Below are positions 17,885 through 27,200 of a stretch of DNA of 64,000 nt, piece by piece. Origin of the DNA: Eubacteriales bacterium (GTDB lineage: Bacteria > Bacillota > Clostridia > Oscillospirales > CAG-272); assembly GCA_045629745.1 (NCBI GenBank), contig JAZQRU010000042.1:24358-88357 (forward strand), read 5' to 3'. Each line of letters opens with the position of its first letter. The stretch's first letter is position 1. The notes under the pieces are model-generated. The model was not told where the DNA came from, searched no databases, and worked only from the letters and a program-made list of their open reading frames with translations. The position numbers and the translations under genes were made by a program.

Positions 17885-19047
17885 GAGAAATCTATCTTGA
17901 CAATAGCGCAAGCACGAGAATATCTGACACAGCCTTAGCAAAATACAACGAGGTTTCAAAAGAGATTTACGGAAATCCCTCCTCGCTTCACAATATGGGC
18001 TTTCTTGCGGAAAAGGAGCTTCGGCTTGCAAGAGACGCACTCCTCTCTTCCCTTTCCGCCAAGAACTCAAGTGTGGTTTTCACAGCTTCCGGAAGCGAGG
18101 CTAATAATCTTGCCTTACTCGGCAGAGCTTTTTCCAAAGAGCGTTATATGCGCTCCTCTAAAATCATTACGACAGATGGCGAGCACGCCTCTGTTTCCGC
18201 AACGCTCGAGCACCTTTCCTCCCTCGGCTTTAAGGTAGTTTCAATTCCTACGAAGCGCGGCGAGCTTGATTTTGAGGCGTTATTGCGCGAGCTTGACTCG
18301 AGCGTTATTCTCGTTACTATGATGATGGTTAATAACGAAACGGGGGCGCTTTACGATACAGCACGCGTCGCAAGATTTATGAAAATGAAATCGCCCGAAG
18401 CTTTTTTGCACGTTGACGCAACTCAAAGCTTTATGAAGTTAAAGTTTACAAAGGCTTCAATTGGCGCGGATATGATAAGCGTATCCTCTCATAAAATCGA
18501 AGGCCCTAAGGGTGTCGGCGCGCTTATTATTGACGAAAGAGTTATAAAAACCCGCGGACTTGCTCCTATAATTTACGGCGGCGGACAGGAGGGCGGCTTG
18601 CGCTCGGGCACGGAAAACGTACCGGGAATTGCGGCTTTTGCCGAGGCAATAAAAATCGCAAACGAAAATTTAAGCGCGAGCTTTGAAAAAATGAATGCAT
18701 TAAGGGAGTATTTTATCGAAAGACTTAATGAAGACGAGCTTTCGGAAATATCGCCAACGCTTCCAAAGCTTCACGCTCCGCACATAATCAATATAACTCT
18801 TCCGAAAATCAAGAGCGAAACAATGCTTCACTATCTTTCCTCACTCGGAATTTTCGTTTCCTCGGGCTCTGCCTGCTCCTCTAATTCAAAGTCCCTTTCG
18901 GGCGCTCTCTTGGCTTACGGCAGAAGTGAGAAGGAAGCCGATAGCTCGCTAAGAATAAGCTTCGGTAAGCAGAACACAAAAGACGACGTTGACGCGCTTT
19001 GCGAGGCGCTCAAATCAGGACTTCTGAAGCTTGCGAGGATTTCGTGA
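17881..19047 (+). CDS. Cysteine desulfurase (class V aminotransferase, NifS/IscS-like)
   Basis: ...GNPSSLHNMG..., PLP-lysine block ISVSSHKIEGPKGVGAL, ...GGGQEGGLRSGTENV..., active-site ...SSGSACSS. ATGA overlap with the upstream gene. Confidence 0.85.
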   Translation: MREIYLDNSASTRISDTALAKYNEVSKEIYGNPSSLHNMGFLAEKELRLARDALLSSLSAKNSSVVFTASGSEANNLALLGRAFSKERYMRSSKIITTDGEHASVSATLEHLSSLGFKVVSIPTKRGELDFEALLRELDSSVILVTMMMVNNETGALYDTARVARFMKMKSPEAFLHVDATQSFMKLKFTKASIGADMISVSSHKIEGPKGVGALIIDERVIKTRGLAPIIYGGGQEGGLRSGTENVPGIAAFAEAIKIANENLSASFEKMNALREYFIERLNEDELSEISPTLPKLHAPHIINITLPKIKSETMLHYLSSLGIFVSSGSACSSNSKSLSGALLAYGRSEKEADSSLRISFGKQNTKDDVDALCEALKSGLLKLARIS

Positions 19048-19523
19048 TGCAGATAAAAATAATCAGCGTCGGCACTCTTAAAGAGGATTATCTTAAGGAT
19101 GCGATAAGCGAATATAAGAAGCGCCTTTCGCAATACGCGCGAATCGAAGAGGTAAATATTTCGGAAGAAAAAATAAACGACGAAGACAACCGCGCTCAAA
19201 TTCTTTCAGCGCTCGAAAAAGAGGGCGAAAAAGTAATAAAAGCCGCCCCGCGCGATTCTCTCCGAATTGCGCTTTGCGTTGAAGGACGCGAGCTTTCAAG
19301 CGAAGAATTTGCAAGCCTTATAAGCTCCGCCTCAGACAAATCGGGCAAGCTTACTCTTATAATAGGCTCTTCGCACGGACTTTCCGACGCGGTTAAAAGA
19401 GATGCGGACTTTAAGCTCTCGTTTTCAAAAATGACTTTTCCCCACCAGCTTATGAGAGTTATTCTCACGGAAGCTTTATACAGAGCATTTACAATAATCA
19501 ACGGTAAGAAATATCACAAATAA
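19047..19523 (+). CDS. rlmH: 23S rRNA (pseudouridine1915-N3)-methyltransferase RlmH
   Basis: MQIKIISVGTLKEDYLKDAISEYKKRL... and C-terminal ...LSFSKMTFPHQLMRVILTEALYRAF... are the SPOUT RlmH signature. ATG 19047 overlaps the preceding TGA by 1 nt. Confidence 0.85.
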   Translation: MQIKIISVGTLKEDYLKDAISEYKKRLSQYARIEEVNISEEKINDEDNRAQILSALEKEGEKVIKAAPRDSLRIALCVEGRELSSEEFASLISSASDKSGKLTLIIGSSHGLSDAVKRDADFKLSFSKMTFPHQLMRVILTEALYRAFTIINGKKYHK

Positions 19524-19549
19524 AAATCAACTTTGCAGAGGACACTGGA

Positions 19550-20329
19550 ATGAAGGAATTTTTGGGCTTCGGTGGATATACAAGACCTGCGGAAGGCTTC
19601 TTATCCTGGCAACATCTAACGTTTGTTACCTTTCTTATGGCAATAATGGTTTTTCTCTCGGTATGGCTCGGAAATAAAAACAAAAACGCAAGCGAAAGGG
19701 ATAAAAACCGCGTTCTTATAGCATCTGCCTTTCTCATTGACGGATTTGAAATTTTAAAAATCGTTCTTATATGCATAAGAGGAAATGACCCTCTCGGTTG
19801 GTTATATATGCTTCCTCTGTTTTTATGCAGCATTCAGCTTATAACTCTTCCGCTTGCCGCATTTGCCAAGGGCAGAGTCAGAGAAGCTGCTCTTGACTTC
19901 GTATGTATTTTCGGCATACTCGGCGCAGTTCTCGGTACTTACGGCGCAGGACAGAATTATAACGCCTACCCCGTTTTATCTCTTGACAACGTAGTTTCCG
20001 GTATAACGCACTCAATATCGGGATTTGCATCTCTTTACATAATGATTTCGGGACTGATAAGCCTTAAAAAGAAAAATATCGCCATAACGTTTTCAATAAT
20101 GCTTATCACCTGCGTTCTCGCATACGCCGTAAATCATATACTCGACTATAACTATATGTTCCTTATGCGCGGTGACGGAACGCCTTACGATATTTTTTAC
20201 AATATGATTAACGGAAATCAAATTTTATATCCGCTTATAGTCGTTCTTCTCTTCATACTTTACATAATAGCGTTTTATAACGTCTATTACTTCATAAAAA
20301 AGGGAAAAAGCAAGAAAACGGCAAATTAA
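19550..20329 (+). CDS. Integral membrane protein (possibly YwaF/TIGR02206-like)
   Basis: 259-aa polytopic ORF; the family assignment is only a weak impression from the N-terminal FLSWQHL motif. Confidence 0.5.
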   Translation: MKEFLGFGGYTRPAEGFLSWQHLTFVTFLMAIMVFLSVWLGNKNKNASERDKNRVLIASAFLIDGFEILKIVLICIRGNDPLGWLYMLPLFLCSIQLITLPLAAFAKGRVREAALDFVCIFGILGAVLGTYGAGQNYNAYPVLSLDNVVSGITHSISGFASLYIMISGLISLKKKNIAITFSIMLITCVLAYAVNHILDYNYMFLMRGDGTPYDIFYNMINGNQILYPLIVVLLFILYIIAFYNVYYFIKKGKSKKTAN

Positions 20330-20331
20330 AT

Positions 20332-20368
20332 AAAAAACCGATATAGACAAAATCTATATCGGTTTTTT
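20332..20368. terminator. Bidirectional rho-independent terminator
   Basis: AAAAAACCGATATAG-acaaaat-CTATATCGGTTTTTT between convergent genes. Confidence 0.8.
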
Positions 20369-20870
20369 AAAGCTCTTTCGGAAAATACACTGACATTGCG
20401 GCATTCGTATATTTTTTCTCGCCCGTCACTTCTTTTATAATCTTTATAAAGCTCGGAATTTTTACATCTTTTTCGCGCGAGTCAAGCTCAATTTCCATTA
20501 TAGCGGTTTTCTTCCAGCTTTTATAAATATCAATTTCGATAAGCTGTTCCTCGTAAGAAAATGTTATGCGCTCTTTCTCTATAGGCACAGTTCCCGACTT
20601 TATTTCCCTTGATTTTTCGATAAACTCACTTTCCGAAATTTCTCTTTCGTCTTCATACGAGGAAATTTTGTCTATACGCTTTTTAAAGGTTTCAAAATAG
20701 CGAGTGCCCGTTTTATAGCTTCGGCTTCTTATTCTCCGCGCAACTTCCTCGGGCGCGGAAAGATATATTTGCTTAATAGACGACGCTTCAAAAGACGGAA
20801 GTGCAGCAAGTCTATCCATTTTCGGCATCTCTATTACGAATTTTCGCTCAATTTCCACAAAATCCTTCAT
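20367..20870 (-). CDS. CYTH-domain protein (triphosphate tunnel metalloenzyme)
   Basis: N-terminal EIERKF (ExExK) signature. Start moved to ATG 20870 (MKDFVEIERKF), 5 nt after an AGAGG SD. Confidence 0.8.
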   Translation of the reverse strand: MKDFVEIERKFVIEMPKMDRLAALPSFEASSIKQIYLSAPEEVARRIRSRSYKTGTRYFETFKKRIDKISSYEDEREISESEFIEKSREIKSGTVPIEKERITFSYEEQLIEIDIYKSWKKTAIMEIELDSREKDVKIPSFIKIIKEVTGEKKYTNAAMSVYFPKEL

Positions 20871-20946
20871 AACTACCTCTCTTATAAAACATTTTACCAT
20901 AAAAGCGAAGGCTTTTCAATAAGGCTGTTAAAAATATTAAAAACTA

Positions 20947-20975
20947 TTGACTTGACGTTTTTTTTGTGTTAAAAT
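20947..20975 (+). promoter_or_regulatory. SigA-type promoter
   Basis: TTGACT, 17 nt, TGtTAAAAT (extended -10). Confidence 0.45.
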
Positions 20976-21016
20976 ATATAAAAAGTATGCATTACGCATT
21001 TTCGGAGGATAATGTT

Positions 21017-21172
21017 ATGGCAAAAAGAGAACTTACTTGGGAAGAGCAACACGCGAGAAAAAAGAAGTGGAAGGCTTTTTGGGATAAGATAACAACAGGA
21101 CTCCTTATCTTGCTTATGGCAGCTCCCTTCGCTATTCTTGCTTACATATTTTATTGGTTCTTAAACAGATAA
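21017..21172 (+). CDS. Small (51 aa) single-TM membrane protein
   Basis: GGAGGA SD 7 nt before ATG 21017; MAKRELTWEEQHARKKKWKAFWDKITTGLLILLMAAPFAILAYIFYWFLNR; terminator follows. Confidence 0.5.
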   Translation: MAKRELTWEEQHARKKKWKAFWDKITTGLLILLMAAPFAILAYIFYWFLNR

Positions 21173-21182
21173 TTCTATTGAA

Positions 21183-21217
21183 CAAAAAACGGAGATGTTA
21201 AATCTCCGTTTTTTTAT
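21183..21217. terminator. Bidirectional rho-independent terminator
   Basis: AAAAAACGGAGAT-gttaa-ATCTCCGTTTTTTT. Confidence 0.8.
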
Positions 21218-21240
21218 TTTTCCGAAAGTTTTAATACCAT

Positions 21241-23160
21241 TTAATTTTCGGAAAGATATCTCTGAGCCTGAGTTATGAAAAGCATATGGTACGTGCCGTC
21301 TTTTTTCATAAGCTCCTTATGGCTTCCCATCTCAACTATTTCACCGTTACCAAGAACCACTATTCTGTCGGCAATCGTTGCGCTTGAAAGTCTATGTGAG
21401 ATAAAAATACTGATTTTTCCCTCGGAGAGAGCTTCAAAGTGCGAGAATATCTCCTGCTCTGCGAGCGCGTCGAGAGATGCCGTCGGCTCGTCCATTATCA
21501 GAACGTCGGAGTCCTTATAGAAGGCTCTCGCAACGGAAAGCTTCTGCCACTGTCCGCCTGAAAGCTCAACACCGTCTTCCTCAAAGAGTCGTGTAAGAGG
21601 TGTTTCATAGCCCTTTTGCAAATCACCTATAAATGCGCCTGCGGACGCGTTTTCCGCGGAGGTGAGAACTCTATCGCCGTCATATTCCCTATCTATATCG
21701 CCAAACTCAATATTGTCGGAAACTGTTTCGGAATATTTACCGAAGTCCTGGAATATTATTCCGAACATATCGTAATAATCCTTAGGATTATATTCCTTCA
21801 AGGGACGTCCGTCAAGCAATATTTCGCCCTCAGTGGGGTCGTAAAGTCTTAAAATAAGCTTAATAAGCGTGGTTTTTCCTGCGCCGTTAAGACCTACGAT
21901 AACGGTTGATTCACCGCTTTTAAGAGTAAGATTGATATTTTTCAAAACGTACGTTTCTGTACCCGGATATGCAAACGACACACCGCGAAGCTCTATAATA
22001 TGAGGCTCGCCGCGCAGAATTTCGGGCGGATTTTCGGAGCTTGCAACGATTTCGCTTTTTTCATTCATAAACTCTATCATATTGTCAATGAAAAGAGTTC
22101 CCTCGTATATTGCGGCAGTTGAGGTTACAAGTGCCGTTACGTAGCTTGAAATAGAAGAAAGCGCTCCCGTATAAAGAGAATAGTCACCTATTTTACCGCC
22201 GTCAGTTACCACACTGTAAGCAACGAAAGCAAAAAGCGCGCAATTGGCAAGCGCCATAAGAATGGCAACGAGAGTGCGCATAACGCCCTCTTTGACTATT
22301 ATGCGCTTAAGCCCTTTATAATATCTTTTAAATACGTTCTCGTATTTCTCGACAAAGGTATCGCCAAGACCTAAAATTTTAATTTCTTTTGCGAGGTCCT
22401 TATTTACCATAAGGCCCGAATAATAGTTCATTTGTCTGCGCTCCTTTGAATGACGGCGCATAAAGTGGAAGCTTCTTTTTCTGTAATAATAATTAACGAA
22501 AGCACCCGGGAGCGATACCGCTATCATAACGACAGGAGCCCAAGGGCTAAGCCCTGCAAGGATTACGATAAATGAAACTATGCTTATAGCCGAGCTTATC
22601 ACCGAAAAGCTTGATGAAAGAATGCCTATCGGGCGCATTCCTGCTTCGCGGTTTGCGTTTTCAAGCTTTTCATAAAACTCAGGGCGGTCAAATGAGGACT
22701 GGTCAACCTCTTTTGCCTTTTTGATTATTTTAAGCTTTATATGATTCGATACAAGCTCGCCCGCAAGCGCCGTTATGGTTACGTTAATACGGGAAAATAT
22801 AGCACGCGTTATAAAGAAAATTACCTGAAGAACAAATATGAAGAACACGGGCTTGAATGCCTCAAAGATATTCTGAAGCTCACTTCCCCCGTTATAACTC
22901 AAAATAAGGTCGGCAATACCGTTTATAAGGTCACGGCTTATGTAAGCGCCGAGTATCGGGAAAACACCGTCGAGAATACAGCATACCGACATAAAAACCA
23001 AAAGAAGCGGAGCTGCCTGCCATACTAGCGATATAACGTAAAAGAAATGGGTGAGAAAGTTTTTGATTTTTTTGATTAAGTACGAGGGGATTTGCGCTAT
23101 TGATTTAGGCGCGGCAATTCCGTCTGCCGTTTTTCTTTGCGGTAAATGCAATTTATTCAT
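21241..23160 (-). CDS. ABC exporter, fused permease/ATPase (MsbA/ABCB type)
   Basis: Six-TM N-terminal domain; Walker A GLNGAGKTTL, signature LSGGQWQK, Walker B VLIMDEPT. ATG 23160 follows a GGAG SD and is preferred over 23178. Confidence 0.9.
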   Translation of the reverse strand: MNKLHLPQRKTADGIAAPKSIAQIPSYLIKKIKNFLTHFFYVISLVWQAAPLLLVFMSVCCILDGVFPILGAYISRDLINGIADLILSYNGGSELQNIFEAFKPVFFIFVLQVIFFITRAIFSRINVTITALAGELVSNHIKLKIIKKAKEVDQSSFDRPEFYEKLENANREAGMRPIGILSSSFSVISSAISIVSFIVILAGLSPWAPVVMIAVSLPGAFVNYYYRKRSFHFMRRHSKERRQMNYYSGLMVNKDLAKEIKILGLGDTFVEKYENVFKRYYKGLKRIIVKEGVMRTLVAILMALANCALFAFVAYSVVTDGGKIGDYSLYTGALSSISSYVTALVTSTAAIYEGTLFIDNMIEFMNEKSEIVASSENPPEILRGEPHIIELRGVSFAYPGTETYVLKNINLTLKSGESTVIVGLNGAGKTTLIKLILRLYDPTEGEILLDGRPLKEYNPKDYYDMFGIIFQDFGKYSETVSDNIEFGDIDREYDGDRVLTSAENASAGAFIGDLQKGYETPLTRLFEEDGVELSGGQWQKLSVARAFYKDSDVLIMDEPTASLDALAEQEIFSHFEALSEGKISIFISHRLSSATIADRIVVLGNGEIVEMGSHKELMKKDGTYHMLFITQAQRYLSEN

Positions 23161-23321
23161 TATTTTTCTCCATTTCATACATTAAAATTATTTTAGCACA
23201 ATAAGAAGAAAATTGCAACTTATTTTTTATTTACAGTTTAAAAATCTTAAAGCAATGACTTTTCACGTTTCACAAAATATCCGCTCTGTCATAAAATACA
23301 AACAGATAGAGAGGTGATTCA

Positions 23322-23543
23322 GTGAAAATTGATAAAGAAAAGCTTGCGGAGCTTTCGGGAAAATCTGATTCTGAGCTTTGGCAGGTAATAAATGAAATTG
23401 CGGCAAAGCACGGATACGATTTGCCGAAAAACACACCCAAAAAATCCGAAATGGACAAAATTCGCGCGATTATGGGAAGCGCGGATAAAATAAATATGCG
23501 CGAGGCTATGCGCATTTTGCAAGAGTACAAGAGGCGCACGTAA
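23322..23543 (+). CDS. Hypothetical small protein (73 aa)
   Basis: GTG start 4 nt after AGAGGTGA; helical, charged; first of three tightly packed small ORFs. Confidence 0.5.
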   Translation: MKIDKEKLAELSGKSDSELWQVINEIAAKHGYDLPKNTPKKSEMDKIRAIMGSADKINMREAMRILQEYKRRT

Positions 23544-23544
23544 T

Positions 23545-23838
23545 ATGGCAGAGCTTGAACTTAATAAAATCGTTGGAATGATTATGGAAAACCCAGAGCT
23601 TGTTGCAAAAATCAAGGCTATGGGCGAGAGCGCGCAAAGCTCGGGTGCGGAAGATGCGGCTCCCGTTGCCTTAAGTGAAAAGGCCCCGAGACAAGAGCCT
23701 TATACACCGAGCCGTTCAAAGAGAAACGAGCTTTTGCGCTCGCTCGAAAACTTCCTTTCAGACGAAAGAAAAAAGAGCCTTGAAACAATGATGACGATAG
23801 CCGACGTTCTTGATAGCGTAAAACGAAAGGAGAACTAG
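23545..23838 (+). CDS. Hypothetical small protein (97 aa)
   Basis: ATG 1 nt after the preceding stop; helical ends with a low-complexity middle. Confidence 0.5.
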   Translation: MAELELNKIVGMIMENPELVAKIKAMGESAQSSGAEDAAPVALSEKAPRQEPYTPSRSKRNELLRSLENFLSDERKKSLETMMTIADVLDSVKRKEN

Positions 23839-24143
23839 TGTATACGAGAGATTTCGGAACGGAAGAAGTCAAAAATGTTCCTGATTCTTATTGCGGAAAT
23901 CTTTTCAAAGAGGAGTGCGACGAGCCTTTACATAGCGAAAAGATGGAAGAAAAGGGCGGCACAGTTTCAGTATTCCGCTCCCTTTTTGGAAAAGGCTTCG
24001 ACCTTAGGGGGCTTTCTCTTTTCAAGCACGGCTTTGGCACGGAAGAAATTTTAATTATCGGCATTGCCGCTTTTCTTTTATTTTCTAAAGACGGAGATAA
24101 GGAATGCGCGATAATACTTCTGCTTTCGCTTTTCCTCAGTTAG
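23838..24143 (+). CDS. Hypothetical small membrane protein (101 aa) with duplicated FGTEE motif
   Basis: GTG start overlaps the preceding stop (TAGTG); DFGTEEV and HGFGTEEI repeats; C-terminal TM helix (ILIIGIAAFLLF). Confidence 0.45.
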   Translation: MYTRDFGTEEVKNVPDSYCGNLFKEECDEPLHSEKMEEKGGTVSVFRSLFGKGFDLRGLSLFKHGFGTEEILIIGIAAFLLFSKDGDKECAIILLLSLFLS

Positions 24144-24151
24144 TAATGATT

Positions 24152-24190
24152 TGAAAAAGAAGAGGTATCCTTACAGAAGCCTCTTCTTTA
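24152..24190. terminator. Terminator hairpin shared by polC and the small-ORF trio
   Basis: AAGAAGAGG...CCTCTTCTT 9-bp stem, followed on the minus strand by TTTTTCAAA. Confidence 0.6.
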
Positions 24191-24204
24191 AAATTACATG
24201 AGAT

Positions 24205-27200
24205 TTAGAATAGTGAAAACTGATTAGTTTCCGAAAGTCCGTCAAGCACGTGATTGCGCCTTAAAATTTCAATTACGGTTTTGGAAATTCCCGTGAGCTC
24301 GCGGAGCTCTTCTATTGAATATATGTCGTGCTTATCTCTTGCGGCAATTATTTTTTCTGCGGCGGTATCACCAAGTCCCGAAAGAGAATTAAACGGCATA
24401 CGGATTTTTCCGTTTTCGGGAAGGAAGGCTACGGCATCGCTCTTTTTAAGGTCAACGTTCAGGAACTGAACGTCCCTTGCCAGCGCCTCGCGGACGAGCT
24501 GAAGAGTTGCAAGCATTTCACCGTCTTTTGCGCTTGCTTCGTTTCCCTTATCCTCAATTTCCTTGATAGCTTTTGAAACGCGCGGATAGCCGCCGCCGAC
24601 AATCTCCGCATCAAATCCGCCCGGAGCTACGGTAAAGAATGCCGCGTAGAACTCCATAGGATAGTAAATCTTGTACCAGCCAAGACGGATAGCGGACATA
24701 ACGTACGCCGCCGCGTGAGCCTTCGGGAACATATATTTTATCTTTTTGCAAGAGCCGATATACCAGTCGGGAACACCGTGAGCTTTCATTTGCTCCTCAT
24801 ATTCAGGCTTGAGTCCCTTACCCTTTCTTACGTCCTCCATTATTTTGAATGACGTTGAGTCGTCGAGCCCGCGTCTTATAAGATAAAGCATAATTCCGTC
24901 ACGCGTTCCCACAACCTCGGAAATATCACAAGTGCCCGCTTTAATAAGGTCCTGCGCGTTGCCGAGCCAAACGTCTGTTCCGTGGGTAAGTCCCGAAATC
25001 TGAAGAAGGTCGGCAAAGTTTTTTGGCTTTGCGTCAAGCAAAACCTGTTGAATGAATCGCGTTCCCATTTCAGGTATGCCAAACGTTCCGAGTTGACAGC
25101 CGCCTATATCCTCGGGGCTTATGCCGAGAGGACGGGTTGAGGCAAACAGCTCGTAAACGCTCTTGTCGTTCATTTTTACGTCAAGAACGCTCGTGTTGGT
25201 ATAGCGCTCAAGCATCTTATACTTGGTCGGCATATCGTGTCCAAGCTCGTCGAGCTTAAGTATCGTATCGTGCAGATACGAGAACTGAAAGTGCGTTGTA
25301 ATCGTATCGGATTTAGGATCTTCCGCAGGATGCTGAACGGGGGTGAAATCGTATATATCGAATTCTTTAGGTACGACTATTATACCACCGGGGTGCTGTC
25401 CTGTGCTTTTCTTAATACCGTCAAGCCTTGTTGCCATATGGGAAACTTCGGCTTTCGTCGTTTTAATCTTCTTTTCCTCAAGATATTTATTGACGTATCC
25501 CCAAGCAGTTTTAGAAGCAAGCGTGCCCGTTGTTCCCGCGCGGAATACCTGGCCTTGTCCGAAAAGCTCTTCCGTGTATTTATGCACCTTAGACTGAACG
25601 TCACCCGAGAAGTTAAGGTCTATATCGGGGGATTTATCGCCCTTGAAGCCAAGGAAGGTTTCAAATGGAATATCGTGGCCGTCCTGATAGAGCCATTCTC
25701 CGCAGACGGGGCATCTCTTATCTTCAAGGTCGAAGCCCGAACCAACCGAGCCGTCAGTTATAAACTCACTGTAACGGCACTTTTTGCATCTGTAATGCGG
25801 CGGAAGCGGGTTAACCTCGGAAATTCCCGACATCGTAGCAACGAATGACGAGCCAACCGAGCCACGCGAGCCAACGAGATATCCGAGGCTTTCGGAGTAC
25901 GCAACGAGCTTAACGGCTATCATATAAAGCACGGCAAAGCCGTTTGCTATAATTGAGTCAAGCTCACGCTTAAGACGCTTTTCTACTATTTCGGGAAGCT
26001 CGTCACCGTACCAGTCGTGCGCTCTTTGCCAGCAAGACGAGATAAGCTCCTCTTTTGCACCCGGCAAATCGGGCTCGTATCTTCCCGTGGGAATCGGTCT
26101 TATGTATTCGCACATATCGGCGATTTTGTTGGGGTTTTCAATAACTACCTCTCGCGCGATATCCTCACCGAGATAGTCGAACTCCGCGAGCATTTCGTCG
26201 GTTGTTCTTAAGTATATCGGAAGCTCCTTGTCCGCATCGGCGAACTTCATTCCCGCAAGAATTATTCTGCGGTAAATTTCGTCTTCTTTGTTCAAGAAAT
26301 GCGCGTCACAGGTAGCGCAGGTGAGCTTGCCAAGCTTTTTGCCAAGCTCGTAAATCTGGCGATTTATATCCTTAAGCGTTTCTTCATTCGCAACCTTACC
26401 TTCCGCGACAAGAAAACGGTTGTTGCATATCGGTTGAATTTCAAAATAGTCGTAGAATGACGCGATTTCTTCGAGCTCCGCGCCTTTTACACCTTCAAGA
26501 ATTGCCTGATAAAGCTCGCCCGATTCGCACGCAGAGCCTATAATAAGTCCGTCTCTATGCTGCTCTATAACCGTTTTTGGCATACGTGGTACTTTTTTCG
26601 CTCTTCCGAAGCTGCCGTAATAGTTAAGATGGCTCATAGAAACGAGCTTATAAAGATTCTTAAGTCCCTCTTTATTCTTTGCGAAAATAATTATATGGCG
26701 CGCCTTGAGCTTCAAGGGATCAACGTCCTCACCCATTGCGTCTATTGCGCGCTCAAAGCTCGTTACGCCCTCTTTTTTCAAGAGGGAGAGCATTTCAAAG
26801 AAAATCTTTGCAAGAACCTCAGAGTCCTCTGACGCTCTGTGATGCTTGAATTCTCCGAGATTATAATGCTCAACTAAGGTGTCGAGCTTATGATTTTTAA
26901 GGTCGGGGTTTACGTAGCGCGAAAGACCTACAGTATCAAGATACGCATTATTAAATTCAAATCCCTGTCTTTCGCACGCAACACGGATAAAGCCTATATC
27001 AAAGTTTGCATTATGCGCGATAAGCATATTGCCGCCTGCGAAATCGAGGAACTGCCGAAGCGCCTCTCTTTCCTTCGGCGCGCCCTTTACCATCTCGTCG
27101 GTAATGCCCGTTAATTTCGTTATATCCTCGGGTATTGGGGTTTCGGGATCTACGAATATATCCATTCTGCCGAGAACCTCGCCGTTTTTGATTTTTACGG

